DNA of 64,000 nucleotides from Alloascoidea hylecoeti (taxonomy: Eukaryota), in contig BCKZ01000002.1 in the NCBI GenBank assembly GCA_001600815.1, positions 558,001 through 622,000 of the forward strand. The letters run 5' to 3'. The position numbers and the translations under genes are program-made. Positions 22,783 through 35,260 of this stretch are shown piece after piece (positions within the stretch are counted from its first letter, which is position 1; the number at the start of each line of letters is the position of its first letter). The notes below the pieces were generated by a model that did not search any database, had not been told where the DNA came from, and saw only the letters and a program-made list of their open reading frames with translations.

Positions 22783-23700
22783 TTATAATGATGGGGGAGC
22801 GGCTGCAGTAAACTGATCTTCAGTTTGGTGACGTACTGGTTGTAGTGTCTTAGCTTCACTGGCTTCTTGTTTATGATCATCATGATCATCATCTGTGAGT
22901 TGTTCAACATTCCTAACCTCCTCTATATAAAACTTTAACATTGACTCAATACCACTCTTCAGTGTCACTTCCGAACTGCTACAGGTACGGCAAGCACCTC
23001 TTAGTTTTAAGTAACAAGTTCCAGTTTCTTCTTCAAATTTGATAAATTCGACATCTCCACCATCCTCTAAAATAGCAGGTCGTATTCTAGTAAATATAAG
23101 TTCTTTAATCATAGATATAACCTCAGAGTCTTCGTCATTAATACTTAAATCATTTCTAATGACTTCTGAGGCATCAGTATCTTCTGATATAATAGCATTC
23201 ATGTTTCCTTCAGAAGTTACTTGAGATAGTGACTCAGTTAAGATTGCGAAGATTTGTGGTTTTAATATACTCCAGTCGTAAATTTGGGCGGTTTCTGGAT
23301 CATCTGTTTCAAGTTTTGAGATTGTAATGAAATCATAACCAAACATAATAGACTTGACACCATCAACAGTGAAAAGTTTCATAGCTAATGGAGATTTGAA
23401 GGCCTGCCGAGCTGACATAAATTCCATGGTTTTATTTTGATCATTTGGAAAGATCTTAACGGAAGGAATGAATTTCATTGCAGATTCGTTTGGTGTCACT
23501 TCAGCTTGAATAAATAACGATCTTGAAAAAGATAATGGAGTAAATGATTTTTTTGGTTGATAATTAAATTTGAGCGTAGGTATAATGATAGATCGCTTCT
23601 GTGGCTTTGGAACAGGCAACACTCTGGAATTACATATTGCCAGGGTCCTCGTTAGATTAAGTCGTGCGGATTGAGACTTGGTAATATTTAGCAAAGACAT
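22783..23700 (-). CDS. NFU1: Mitochondrial Fe-S scaffold/carrier Nfu1
   Basis: FIQAEVTPNESAMKF, RIRPAILEDGGDV and the CxxC motif GACRTCSSS. Confidence 0.95.
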   Translation of the reverse strand: MSLLNITKSQSARLNLTRTLAICNSRVLPVPKPQKRSIIIPTLKFNYQPKKSFTPLSFSRSLFIQAEVTPNESAMKFIPSVKIFPNDQNKTMEFMSARQAFKSPLAMKLFTVDGVKSIMFGYDFITISKLETDDPETAQIYDWSILKPQIFAILTESLSQVTSEGNMNAIISEDTDASEVIRNDLSINDEDSEVISMIKELIFTRIRPAILEDGGDVEFIKFEEETGTCYLKLRGACRTCSSSEVTLKSGIESMLKFYIEEVRNVEQLTDDDHDDHKQEASEAKTLQPVRHQTEDQFTAAAPPSL

Positions 23701-24357
23701 TTTACTGGTCTTGTCATAATTTTAGAAAAAAACTAAAAAAAACTAAAAAAATTGTGCAATCGATATCGATGATTATTAATTGGCCAGCTACCAATTATGT
23801 AAGTCACGGGAGCGGAAATATTGTTTTTTTGGCATAAATATCCGAAGAACTGCCGAAATATAAATTATTTTCTGTTAATAAAAGATACTACAGTTACAAA
23901 TAAAATTGACTAATACTTCTATGCTTTATATCCTCTGGTATGGTGTACCAATTAAACTACCACTGTACTTACTACTTAGTACTCACCACTATATGTACCA
24001 TGAACATGTGTTTTGGCTGGACGCAATGAAACGTTCCTTAGATCGAGATGGCGATAGAAGGGTACATTAAATTCAAGAGAAGACAGTCAAACTCTTGATC
24101 AATCCTCGTAAATTAAGGAAATTCTATGTTGAATTTATTATTTAAACTCCCCAAATTTTAAATATTTAACATACATAATGAGGATGATACACATTATTCT
24201 CCTTTAGTTCACCTATATATAGTATTAAAAAATGTATGTAATCACACAAACTCGAAATTGGTAATGTTGGACAACGTTTTCTATATTTTATTTAAAAAAA
24301 TCCTATAATTTCTTCTTCTTTGTTTCTTTCTTCCTACCTTCTAAACAGTCATTACCA

Positions 24358-27300
24358 TCACTGAAACCATGTCTGGATCATTTGCTGTTCGGATGGAGTA
24401 TACTTCCCGGCAATTTGAGCCAATTCTTGCTGAGGAACATTACTTATTATAGTCTTCGTGGCAGTAATGACTTTATTTGCGGTTTGACCTTGTATTGAAG
24501 TATTAATCAAGGCAGCAATAATATCATCTACAACCACTATTAAATTACTTGCAACAGCAGGATGACCAGCAAGTATCAGTTCAGAGAGGAAAATGTAAGC
24601 AAATGGCGCCGCTTCGTCGTCATTAGTAATTGGTAAAGTTTTGATCCATTCATTAATAACAGCATCAAGATTTGGAATACTGCTAGAAAATGCCCTAAGA
24701 ATTTTGGCAATTGCAGCACAAGCATTTTCTGTTGCGTATACATTATCTTCTGATCTTGCATCAGGTATTGATATCGATTTAAATAAAGGCTCAAGAGCAG
24801 CTTTGGAAAAATCTCTGTAAACCTCACCACCATGTTGAGCAGCAACACCCACACCGTATGCAGCAACTTGTCTGATAATAGGGTTTTGATGGAGTAAGCT
24901 TTCACCTAATTTATTGATGAACAAGTCTTTGTATCTCCATGAATCAGGACCACATGTTTCGATTAAATCATCAATTACACATAAGGAAAAGTTAAGGCAA
25001 TCTGTATTTTGCTCATTGAGAAATTGATTTAAAATTTCCAACATTTTTTCAAAGAAAGGAAGGAATCTTCCTTTTGAAATCTTAAAAACAGAATGAATTG
25101 ATTTATTCATCTCACCAACTAAATCTTCATCTGATTCTTCTTCATCGTCATCAACTTCTTCTGTGTATTCATCATCCTGGAATTTATTTTTTATTCTTTC
25201 ATAATAATCTTTCAAGTTTGTAAGAACAGCTTCAACATAAGATTCCATCTGTTTATCATTTAATTCGGCATACTTGTTTTCATACAATAGCTCAATCACT
25301 TGATAAAGAGTAGAATGGAATACGGAAACAACATATAGAACAGGTTCTATTCTAAGTGCTTTTAGCAATTTATCAATAAAAGGAATAGCAAGTTCTAAAA
25401 CTGCAGCAGAATTTCCCGGATTTGCTTCTTTGGCACATATTAAAAGTGGTAAAATCGCTTGGGCAGCTGCATATCTTACGCCATCATGGAAAAAGAATTC
25501 CAACCCAGAAAGAACATTTGCAGCGATTTCCTTGACATATGGATAGAAGTCACCTTTCAGAGATGAAGCATATAGCACAAGTAATTCAATAGCATTAGCC
25601 TTCTCATCTAATAAAGAAGTATGAATGCCAATATGCTTGCCATGTAGATCAACAACATCCCAACCTTCATCTTGGTCATAAACTTCAATCTCAGTATCAT
25701 CTTCAAGCAGATGCAAGTCTTGTTCTGCTTTGGCAGATGCTAATAATGGAGGAATGACACCCGATAAAAAAGGTAAAAAATCTTTACCAATTATTTGACA
25801 AATTCTAGCCCAACCTTGTGTGAGATATGAGGTACATGGATCGTCATCCTCTGTGATTGAATTTTGAATATTAGCAAAAATGGTAGCCAATTCTTGGCAA
25901 TGTGGTGCAAACTTTTCTTTACCAACCGCAAGAGCGATTAAAGTAGAACACTCGATACATTTAGCTTTTAATAGTCGATGTTCTTTTCCTGTGTCGGCCT
26001 TTAAAACATTAAACAATAATGGCATCATCGTGTCATAATATTTAATAAATTTGTTTTCAGCAGCATCAGCAATAACTGCAATTGTTGTAAGAGATTGTTC
26101 TTGAACATAAGATTTTTGAGATTGTAACAATGTTAATAAATGGGTCAATAAATCATCCAAAAATGGTTCTAAAATATCCTTCGTAGCATTTTCAGAGAAA
26201 TTCACTAAGGCAGCAGCAGCATGTGCTTGCACTCTAAAAACGGATTGATTGGAAAGTTTAGAGATCAAAGCTGGTAAGATTCTATCACCAAATTCTCTTT
26301 GAATTTTATCCGCAAAATCTGTAGAAATTTGACCCAATAAGTTACAACAAGCATATTGAACCCTTGGATGGGAGTCATTCAACAATGGTAAACACATATC
26401 CAAAATTTTACCAATCTCATTCATAAGAGTTTCTGAACAGCCTTCGGCAATTGAAGAGAGGGCCATTAAGGCTGCCTGTCGTTCTCTCCAATTATCTGAA
26501 GATATCATATTTGGAATCCATTGGAAAATAGGTGTTAAGATGGAATCAGCTAATCTTAAAGCCAGTCTATCCAAGGCCTGTCTTGCAGCTGAGTATTCAT
26601 CGTCTTCCTCTTCGATATCATCAGAATTGTTCCACTCGGCGGCATCATCATCATCTTCCCCAACTTCAGTCATCATCATCAGTGATTGTAATACGAGACT
26701 ATTAAGATATAATGGTTCTTTCTTGCACATATTTGGTGAATATTCACTAAATGTAGTCAATAATTCTAAAGCGGCTAACCGAGCAGCAGACTCAAGCTCC
26801 TTATTTTTGGCAACAGATATACAGAAATTAATTAGATCAGAAAACATTGATTTGAACATTTTGGGAGCCAATTCAACAAGTTCGATTAAAGACTCGAGAA
26901 CAGAAGCCAACGATGAATCATTACCGTTATTTAATAATGGGGGAAGGCCTTTTAATAAACTTGGTAATAATGGATTAAGAGTCGGCCATGAAGATTTTGG
27001 TAAAGTTTCAAAGAAAGCAACAAAAGCAGTAACAGATGCGACTCTGACATCATCGCTTGGGTCCTCGAATCCAGCATGAAAAATAGGGACAATGTTACCG
27101 AGGAGTGAGATATCAATTAGTTCGGGAATAGCTGAAAATATTCTATAAGCTGACTCTCTCAAGCTTGCATCTTGATTTTTGCTAGCCTCGAATAATGCTG
27201 GTAATATTTCACCCCAAATGTCTTGTTTATTGGTAGGATTAGGCTTTGCCAGTTCAGCAATAGCATCGGAAATTTTATGACGAACTCCGTTTGATTGTGT

Positions 27301-27693
27301 AGACCCAAACCCTTGCAAGAAAATTGTTCTAATTTGATTTTTGACTGGTAAAGAAACGGAATCAATGGTTCGAAGCGTAACATCTGTAGAATTTTCAGGT
27401 TTTCTAATTGCAATCCTTCTGAACAAAACTGCTGAAAATGATCGAATCTAAACATTAACAAGTTAGGAATGACTTTAAATACTTCTGATTTATTTAAAAA
27501 TACTTACGGAATCATCTTCACCGATTATGGATTGTTCTGCGAGACCGACTAAAAGAATCTCAAGCCTTTCAGGTTTCAACCATTCCGAATTAAGACTATT
27601 TTCAGCTTGTGATCGTACTTCGTTGTCTGCAGCAGATAGGCTTTGGAGTAAGTTTTTCAGGGCCAAAGAAGCATCAGCTGGTAAAGAAGACAT
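24358..27693 (-). CDS. PSE1: Karyopherin beta Pse1/Kap121 (importin-5); exons 27693-27508, 27447-24358
   Basis: Intron 27507-27448 (GTAAGT...CTAAC...TAG). HEAT repeats with WRERQAALMALSSIAEGC and HPRVQYACCN. Confidence 0.93.
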
Positions 27694-28787
27694 TTTATAA
27701 TGATGCTATAAAAGAATAAGGTGTCAGTAGATGTGAACAGAAGAAAAGAAAGAGGATGTAAGGACTGGAAATCATAAAATTTTTAGCAATATATGAGTGT
27801 TTGATACACCAATGACAAACAGGACAAAAGTGAACAAAATGGAAATCAAAATAAAAATCGCCGTTAGCTAATATAAAGATAATATTCAGCTATTCCTTTT
27901 GATGCCCAAAAAAAAGGAAAAATAATGAAAAATGAAGTATTAACCAAGTTTATAATCAGATCCATGAAATCCTACAATTTAAGATATATTGTTCCGTGAA
28001 GGAAGAGCTCACAATTAAGCCAATAAATCATAAAAAGAAACACCGAACCTTTTGAGTCCTTTCTTTATAGGAAACATACCTTATTGATTGTATTTGTGTC
28101 TTAAGAAACCCCCGTGTGTTGTAGTAAAATGATTTGTTGTCTATTAACAAACTTTTCTTTACTTGTGTACATCATAGTCCGGTATAATATTTACCCTTAT
28201 GATCATTCCAAATAAGAAATTTTATTTCAATGTATATTATAATTATAGGCTATATTTTTGTGTAAGTGCTTGAATATCATATTTTCAGTTAGTTGTTCTG
28301 TATTTTTCATCCAATATCTATTGTATGTGTAATTTATTTCATAAACATCTTACTGAATATTCAAACTACCCATGCAAATTGAAACTTTAGTTCTAGATCT
28401 CTATACCAATTGCAATTGAACATAAAACACCACGATCTGGAATTAAAATATGTTTAAACTTGCTGGTTCTTATAATTTTCATTGTTTGTGATTGAAATAG
28501 AATTTCGTTGAGCTTGCAAATGTGTGTGATTCAAAATGTGATATATATCGAAGCTCTACTTATAATATCACTAAATGTACAGTATATCATATTCGAATAT
28601 ACAATTGCATTTACCAAGAATGAAAAATAGGCGTCCACTAATAAATTATTTTGTACTAAACTACACCAACTGACAGGTCTACTTGGATATGAGAATATAT
28701 CAAGATCAGAATAGTAATATATCTTATAATATAATCATACAGTAATCGACTCACTTTAACTATGTAGTACGTACTTACCACCTTCAA

Positions 28788-29571
28788 TCATAACTTAAGT
28801 TGAAATTTATCCTTCCATCTTAATTCAGCATTTTCCCAGTTAAGTACTTTATAAATGTTCTTAATATAATCTGCTTTATTATTATAGTATTGAACATAAT
28901 AAGCATGCTCCCAGAAATCAATTCCAATCAATGGAGTGAAATTCAAAGGAACAGGGTCTTGATCTTTAGTGCTTATTAAGACAAGAGTTCCGTCCAGATT
29001 TTTTTTGGCTAACCATCCCCATCCACTACCTTGAATTCCAAGGAGAAGCTTGGTGAATTCTCCCTCAAATGATTCGAAAGATCCCCATTGTTCAACAATT
29101 TTCTTTTTCAAATCAAAACCACCTGAAGCACTGGGGGATGAAGCTGGTGCTAAGTTTTCCCAAAACAATGAATGATTAATGTGTCCTAAATTACAGGTTA
29201 AGATCAGTTACTTGGTCTTTAACTTTTATTTAATTTAGTAGCAATAAACGTTTCACTTACCACCAGCATTAAACTTAATTGTATTTTGCAAATCAACCTG
29301 TTTTCTAATATCTTTAGAATCAACAGCTGCTTTGACCTGAGCATAAGCAGCATTCAAATTGTTTACATATGTCTGATGATGTTTCGAATGATGCAATGTC
29401 ATAATTGTCTCGTTTATATGGGGCTCGAGTGCCTAAAGTAATAAGTTAGTTTAGATCTAGATTGACCGGATCAAATTCTGGTACTTATATATATTTGTTA
29501 ATGTTAGCACAAACTGGACATACATTGTAAGCATAAGGCAATTGGGGAAGTACAAATTCTTTTGGAATCAT
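28788..29571 (-). CDS. Mn superoxide dismutase without mitochondrial presequence (Sod3-like); exons 29571-29524, 29432-29261, 29185-28788
   Basis: Spliced product MIPKEFVLPQLPYAYNALEPHI...LHHSKHHQTYV...FNAGGHINHSLFWENL...QGSGWGWL...DFWEHAYY contains the metal-ligand motifs. Confidence 0.9.
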
Positions 29572-31159
29572 TGTGAAGAAATGAATAGAATTATGAGTGA
29601 AAGAAATAAAAAAGAGGAAAATCTCAATATTTATATATAAACAATCCGAAGGAGCTAGAACGTCTATTTCTGACGAATTGCAATTTTTATTTATCTTTGT
29701 ATTTAATTGAGAACCTTGATGAGCATATTAAATATACTTAATCGAGTAATTACCACTGACTGCATATGCATATAACTTATTTTCAAACTGTCAACTAACT
29801 TGCAATTAGATTTTTCTTTTTTTGCCAATATTTGAAGTATATGGGTATAAGGCTATAAGCTACTAGCAACGATTTTGTATTTAAATATTGACTTGATAGT
29901 AATAAAATGATCAACATCATTGATAATTGATGATCAGATTGTTATATTATGTAGTTGCCAATCAACTTAATTATTAACCACGAGACAATTATGATCATGA
30001 ATAAAATTAAGAGACAATAAATTCTATACAGTATATGCTATAGTTACTTTACTCGTAATATACTAAACTACTATACATATGTATTTCTTTTTAATTCATA
30101 CTTTATATGATATTTTATTTTGAGTATGGCGTACGTTGAAATCGATTGATTACCCGCCCTCATTCTTAATTTTGAATCTTTTCAATCCAGTTCCCTATGT
30201 GCCTTCTGTACACTCCTGGCGTGATACCTGTTACTTAATCAGTCTTTATTCCCTTATCAGCACACCATTATATCCACCACCTACATACCAATATATCCAC
30301 CCCCATTATACCAATTACAAGATACTGTATTAATTAGCTTATGTAAATGAATTTATTATGTTCCTCTACCGAGTATAAATTTATAGATATTTAGAGGCTG
30401 ATTGAAATGATAGTATTATTAAAAAAAATTTAAACCCCTTATTAGTTCTGTGCTCTAAGATATAACCTTATATACCCTCATAGTCCCTCAACATTAACAC
30501 ATAGTTTGTGTGTGTGAATCAAATCATGATCACAACAATTTTATTACTCAATTATTAATAAATGGCTAATTACAATACTAGTGCGTTGTTTTTTTTTTAC
30601 TTGATTAGAGGTTAAAAAAAATTCACCTTTTTTTCTTTGAATGTCATATTTTTCACATCGACATCACATTCCAACGCAGAAAACATAACACAAACATAAA
30701 TGTTCTTTTAAGAACATAAAAACTTGGAATATACCAGCCGATTGTATACAATTAATGTACACTAGAAACGATGAGACTATTTATCTTTCTCCACAATCCC
30801 TCAAAATTCAGTTACAATTGCAACAACATGCATATTTATAACATGCATATTAGAGGTCCAAGAAATGGAGTTTTCAAGTGAATATTATATAATTAAAATC
30901 CAATAAAATTGATGGTAGGATTTATTCTTTCTTTGCCCTACTTATTATCTCCCGAGTCCCTACCCATCACAAATTCACAATGCAATCTAATCCAATTTCA
31001 ACACATATAATAAAAAGGTGTATGGGTGTGTTTTCACATTAACCGTATCTTATCTCATATACAACATATCAATCAAATGGCAAATAGATTAAATTTAATA
31101 AATAATAATAAATAAATAAGTTCTATATTCTAAATCTAGATCTAATTTTAATTCGGATT

Positions 31160-32611
31160 CTAAATTGAAGGGGCGAAAGAAATGATGTCCAATTCAGACA
31201 ATTTATCTTTATTTCGTCCCAACAAAAATACTCTATCCTCCGTTAAGAACAGGTTATAATAGCAACTAATTGGAAGGAAATGAGAGCAGGGTAAATCTGA
31301 TAACTTTTCCTGTGAAGATATTCTCCATAAGGACACTATTCCTTTTGTGTTTGTAGTAACAAGTAAATCCAAATCTTTAATAAATTCTATAACTTTGAAA
31401 TTTTCAAGATTCCATGCACATTTATGTTTAAGGTTATCTTCTAAATTCCAAACCTTTGAGAACGTAAACGTTGTAAAAACTAGAATTCCATTTTGAAGGT
31501 TAAGATCAAAAGTTCTTGTAAAGAAGTCAAGACCTTCATTGGCACCAACTTTCAGTACGCGATGTAAATGATGATGAGTTCCAATCAATTGCATTTCAAA
31601 TATATTAAGTTCGCCACGCATTGTACAAATCACCACGTTTTTCCCATCGGTAACCAATGAATGAATATCATGAACCCCTCTAACAACGTTAATTATTTCT
31701 CCTGTATTTGCTTTTCTAATAAGACATTTCCCCTCTCTACTCCCCGTAATAACGATATCCCCTTGGGCATCAAAGTATTTGGAATCTGGTGTTTCGATCC
31801 TTACCCTCTTTATAATTTCTGCATCTTTGAAATTCCAGATGACCAAACTTTGATCTAAAGATGTGGAAACCACCACATTGGCCGATGCCATTTTTATACT
31901 TTGAACTGATCTATAATGACCTGATAATGTTTTTACTAGCCTTCCTGTTTTTAGATTCCAGATATGAATATTATAGTCCCCTGGAGTTGAACAGGTTGTG
32001 AATATTGTATCTCCTCCGTATTGTTTATTATGATAAATTATATCAACGTGCTCTAGTTTCGTATCATTCAAAAAGTAAAGAAAGTTTCCGTTGAAGTCAT
32101 AAACACCTAATTTATAAGTTATCGCTCCTGTTTGTTTAGACCATGCGATGATCTTAGTAACAATAAAATTCTCGGTTATGAAAACACTTGATTTATTACC
32201 TTTCTCAAATATATTTTGTTTTATAATCTTCCCCCCGCTTTTTAAGGATCTTCGTAATAAGTATTGATAAATAAAATAAGATTTATACAGTTGCGTTTCA
32301 TTATTATTTTCTAATGGATTCTGTAATAAACGAGAATGTGATTGTAACTGTATTCTAAAATCCAAAAAAGAAGCTTTTGATATAGAGATAGGAGAATCAT
32401 GAATATAATGGTGATTTTTGCAAATTAATCTCCAAGTATAATCATCACGAAGTAATTTTAACCATGATTTTGAAGTTTGAGCGACATTAGCTATATCTGT
32501 TGCATCTTGTATTTGTGATATTATATTTAAGCATACTTCTGTTGGAAAATGAGTGAATGGATCAATTCTAGTTGTAGAATTATGATTCATTAGATATCTG
32601 GATATAGGCAA
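31160..32611 (-). CDS. Divergent F-box/WD40 protein
   Basis: F-box DPFTHFPTEVCLNIISQI...VAQTSKSW; WD repeat TLSGHYRSV...STSLDQSLVIWN. Confidence 0.8.
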   Translation of the reverse strand: MPISRYLMNHNSTTRIDPFTHFPTEVCLNIISQIQDATDIANVAQTSKSWLKLLRDDYTWRLICKNHHYIHDSPISISKASFLDFRIQLQSHSRLLQNPLENNNETQLYKSYFIYQYLLRRSLKSGGKIIKQNIFEKGNKSSVFITENFIVTKIIAWSKQTGAITYKLGVYDFNGNFLYFLNDTKLEHVDIIYHNKQYGGDTIFTTCSTPGDYNIHIWNLKTGRLVKTLSGHYRSVQSIKMASANVVVSTSLDQSLVIWNFKDAEIIKRVRIETPDSKYFDAQGDIVITGSREGKCLIRKANTGEIINVVRGVHDIHSLVTDGKNVVICTMRGELNIFEMQLIGTHHHLHRVLKVGANEGLDFFTRTFDLNLQNGILVFTTFTFSKVWNLEDNLKHKCAWNLENFKVIEFIKDLDLLVTTNTKGIVSLWRISSQEKLSDLPCSHFLPISCYYNLFLTEDRVFLLGRNKDKLSELDIISFAPSI

Positions 32612-34185
32612 ATTTAGAACTGCAGTTGACTATAGATTATAGGAGATTGAGAAGGATCTAGAGAAGATAGAAATGCTGTTTTGATGATTATAAAGAGATA
32701 TATAAGAAGGTAGTAGAAGAAAGTGGAAGAAAGTGGTATTTATATATATTTAACAAATTGTCCAGGACTTGGTTGTTCTTTACATAATAATGAAAGAGAA
32801 GAAGGAACATAGAATTTTCAATTGAGGTGTCTATAACTAAGTACCTTAATTGCATATTAAGCAAAAGTATAAATAAATATTAATAATTTTGTATAATATA
32901 TTCATATCTGCACGTTGCAATTATACATATTTTTATGAGAATTATATTTCATTTTGTGTTAAACAAGCTTTAAGTATTATCTTAATATTGTTATTTCTAT
33001 CTATTTGCTTTACGGCGGCTGAAGCTGCATCCCGGAATAACAGGCAAAAACGGAATACCAACAGTCAAAATATGCATATAGATCTAGATAACCCAAGATT
33101 CAAAACTTAAAGACACATTTTATTCTCTTAAACTGTTTTTTGTCATTATTATACTTTAAATCCGCAATTCTATTTTATAATCATCTTATATTATAGATGT
33201 AGTACATTGCACTAAGTGAGTCAAGCCAGAAATCATGTTAGCTAGTTTCGATCTATTATCACTAGCTAATTTAATTTCGATTGTTAGGATTTTTTAAACA
33301 GGCGGATGAGTCATTTTCAATTTCTCATAGATAACTAAATTGAAAAATTAATTATTTTTATATAATGAAAAACATGAATAATTGAGAGATATCGATTTGC
33401 TCCTTGTTTTAGTTTTTGATCAGTTGCGTGACATCACAGTAAGTTTTCTGTGTGTTGCAATTTCAATTAATATTGTCAAATCAATTAAAATGAATGACTC
33501 AAATGACTCAACTACGACATCCTCACAATATTAACCTTACAAAAGAATCGGCCAGATTAATAATTATATAGTTAGATATATCCCTACATGCATCAGTTAA
33601 TTTAATTATAATAGCATGGCATACTACATGTAATATTAATAATTGATTCTCCTACAAGCCGGAACAGATTTGCCGAACAAAAGAATAATGAACAAAATTT
33701 CTTATAATTAATTACTATAAACTTAGAGTAAAAACTTGAAAGTTGTTAACCATTAACATAAACAGAGATCAAAATATATAATTTAACCAAGTAGCTAGCT
33801 CCATCATGTTCGAGATGTTATAATTAGTATGTATATATGGTAAAGTCTAAAATTCGGACGTTTTAGATTTTCATAGTCAAATCCGAAATTTTAGTGTGCA
33901 AATGCCCAATACGTAATCGAACCGAAAATTAAAAGTTATATCTCCAAAACAGAAAAACGCTAATTATATAACGTTAACCAGTTTCAAACCAATATTAATA
34001 TTATTATATATAAAGTATTATAAACAAAACAATAAATCATTAAATTTCGTTATTTTTTAAATATATCGATATCAGATTAGCATGTGTGGTTGTAACATTT
34101 AAAACAAGAAAATAAACACAAAACTGACATTAATTCATAATATATCGCGACCAACGTCACCAATTTAACTAAGTTTATTCTATAG

Positions 34186-34626
34186 CTACTTCAAATTTTG
34201 TGACTGACTCGATTGCCGCTTATCCAGTCTGAAACGTGGATCAAAGAATATCCAGAACACAATAAAAAGTATAGTGCACCTGAAAATAAGAGTTCTTATA
34301 ATTGGAACGATTTTGGTCCCCATACCATGCACTTTCTTTTCTTCCGTAGGGAGTAATCCAAGCTCTATATCCTTTTGAAAAACGAGTCCTTGTTTGGTAC
34401 TACCAATATCGACATTTTTCTCTTGATCACCATATATATATTCGATTTCTTTATAATCTGAAGGTGGCAATGTACCAGAACTGATATAAAATAGAGACCC
34501 CATTCTGAGTTGAGACGGAGGAAAGGAGACGATGCACTGTGAATCATTAATTAATATATTGTGTGCATAATAGGTGTGCCTGGTTATACGCATTGAGTAT
34601 ATTTGGGTATAGAAATATGTCATCAT
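34186..34626 (-). CDS. Hypothetical small protein with a C-terminal hydrophobic segment
   Basis: 146-codon ORF in AT-rich DNA; segment TLIFRCTILFIVFWIFF. No recognised family. Confidence 0.3.
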   Translation of the reverse strand: MMTYFYTQIYSMRITRHTYYAHNILINDSQCIVSFPPSQLRMGSLFYISSGTLPPSDYKEIEYIYGDQEKNVDIGSTKQGLVFQKDIELGLLPTEEKKVHGMGTKIVPIIRTLIFRCTILFIVFWIFFDPRFRLDKRQSSQSQNLK

Positions 34627-35260
34627 ATAAGTAAATTATATTCAGGTCAATTCGCTCAAAAATAAGAATTATAATCCTTAAATATGACTCTGATGTTAGG
34701 TAATGGTGTGTATTAAGTAAAGAAGTTCATATGTGAAGAAAATATCTATTTGTGTGCTGTATGCATAGAACGATACAAACTTAATCCTACACAATTTCAA
34801 TTTTGCACTTTTGCAGGAGTCTTACTGGCTTCATCACTGTAGCCCATAAACTAGGGGTGACAATTGACTGACTCTTATAAAATTATACCATAGCGAGTAA
34901 TACCTTACATCCCCAATAATTTTGAATTTTTTCGGCCAAACACCAATTGTTGTCATACCCAAGTACATGTGCATTACTATTTTCTCAAATACCCAAATTG
35001 TAACTCAAATGAATCACGAAATAAAACTGGAATACTATCTAAATGTTAATTTTATCTAATGACCAAAGAATATTGGAGCAATGTATCGAAATACTCATCA
35101 CCTGAACACCGAACATTTAATTCCACCTCGTGCCGAAAAAACACCCACACACCCACCAAATACCTTTCTGCAGAATTCAGAGTGCAAATACTGTGCGTAT
35201 AATAGTATATTTAATATCTTCAAACTCAATTGCAAATTAGAACTTCCCTTCACATCCAAA

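Noticed and set aside
23994..24110. Two short hairpins between NFU1 and PSE1 as a possible H/ACA snoRNA
   Set aside because: Stems are short and there are no well-placed H and ACA boxes.
29433..29523. Nested intron (stwintron) in SOD intron 1, suggested by a second CTAAC
   Set aside because: The extra branch-like motif is only ~15 nt from the donor, and excision does not rebuild a valid donor.
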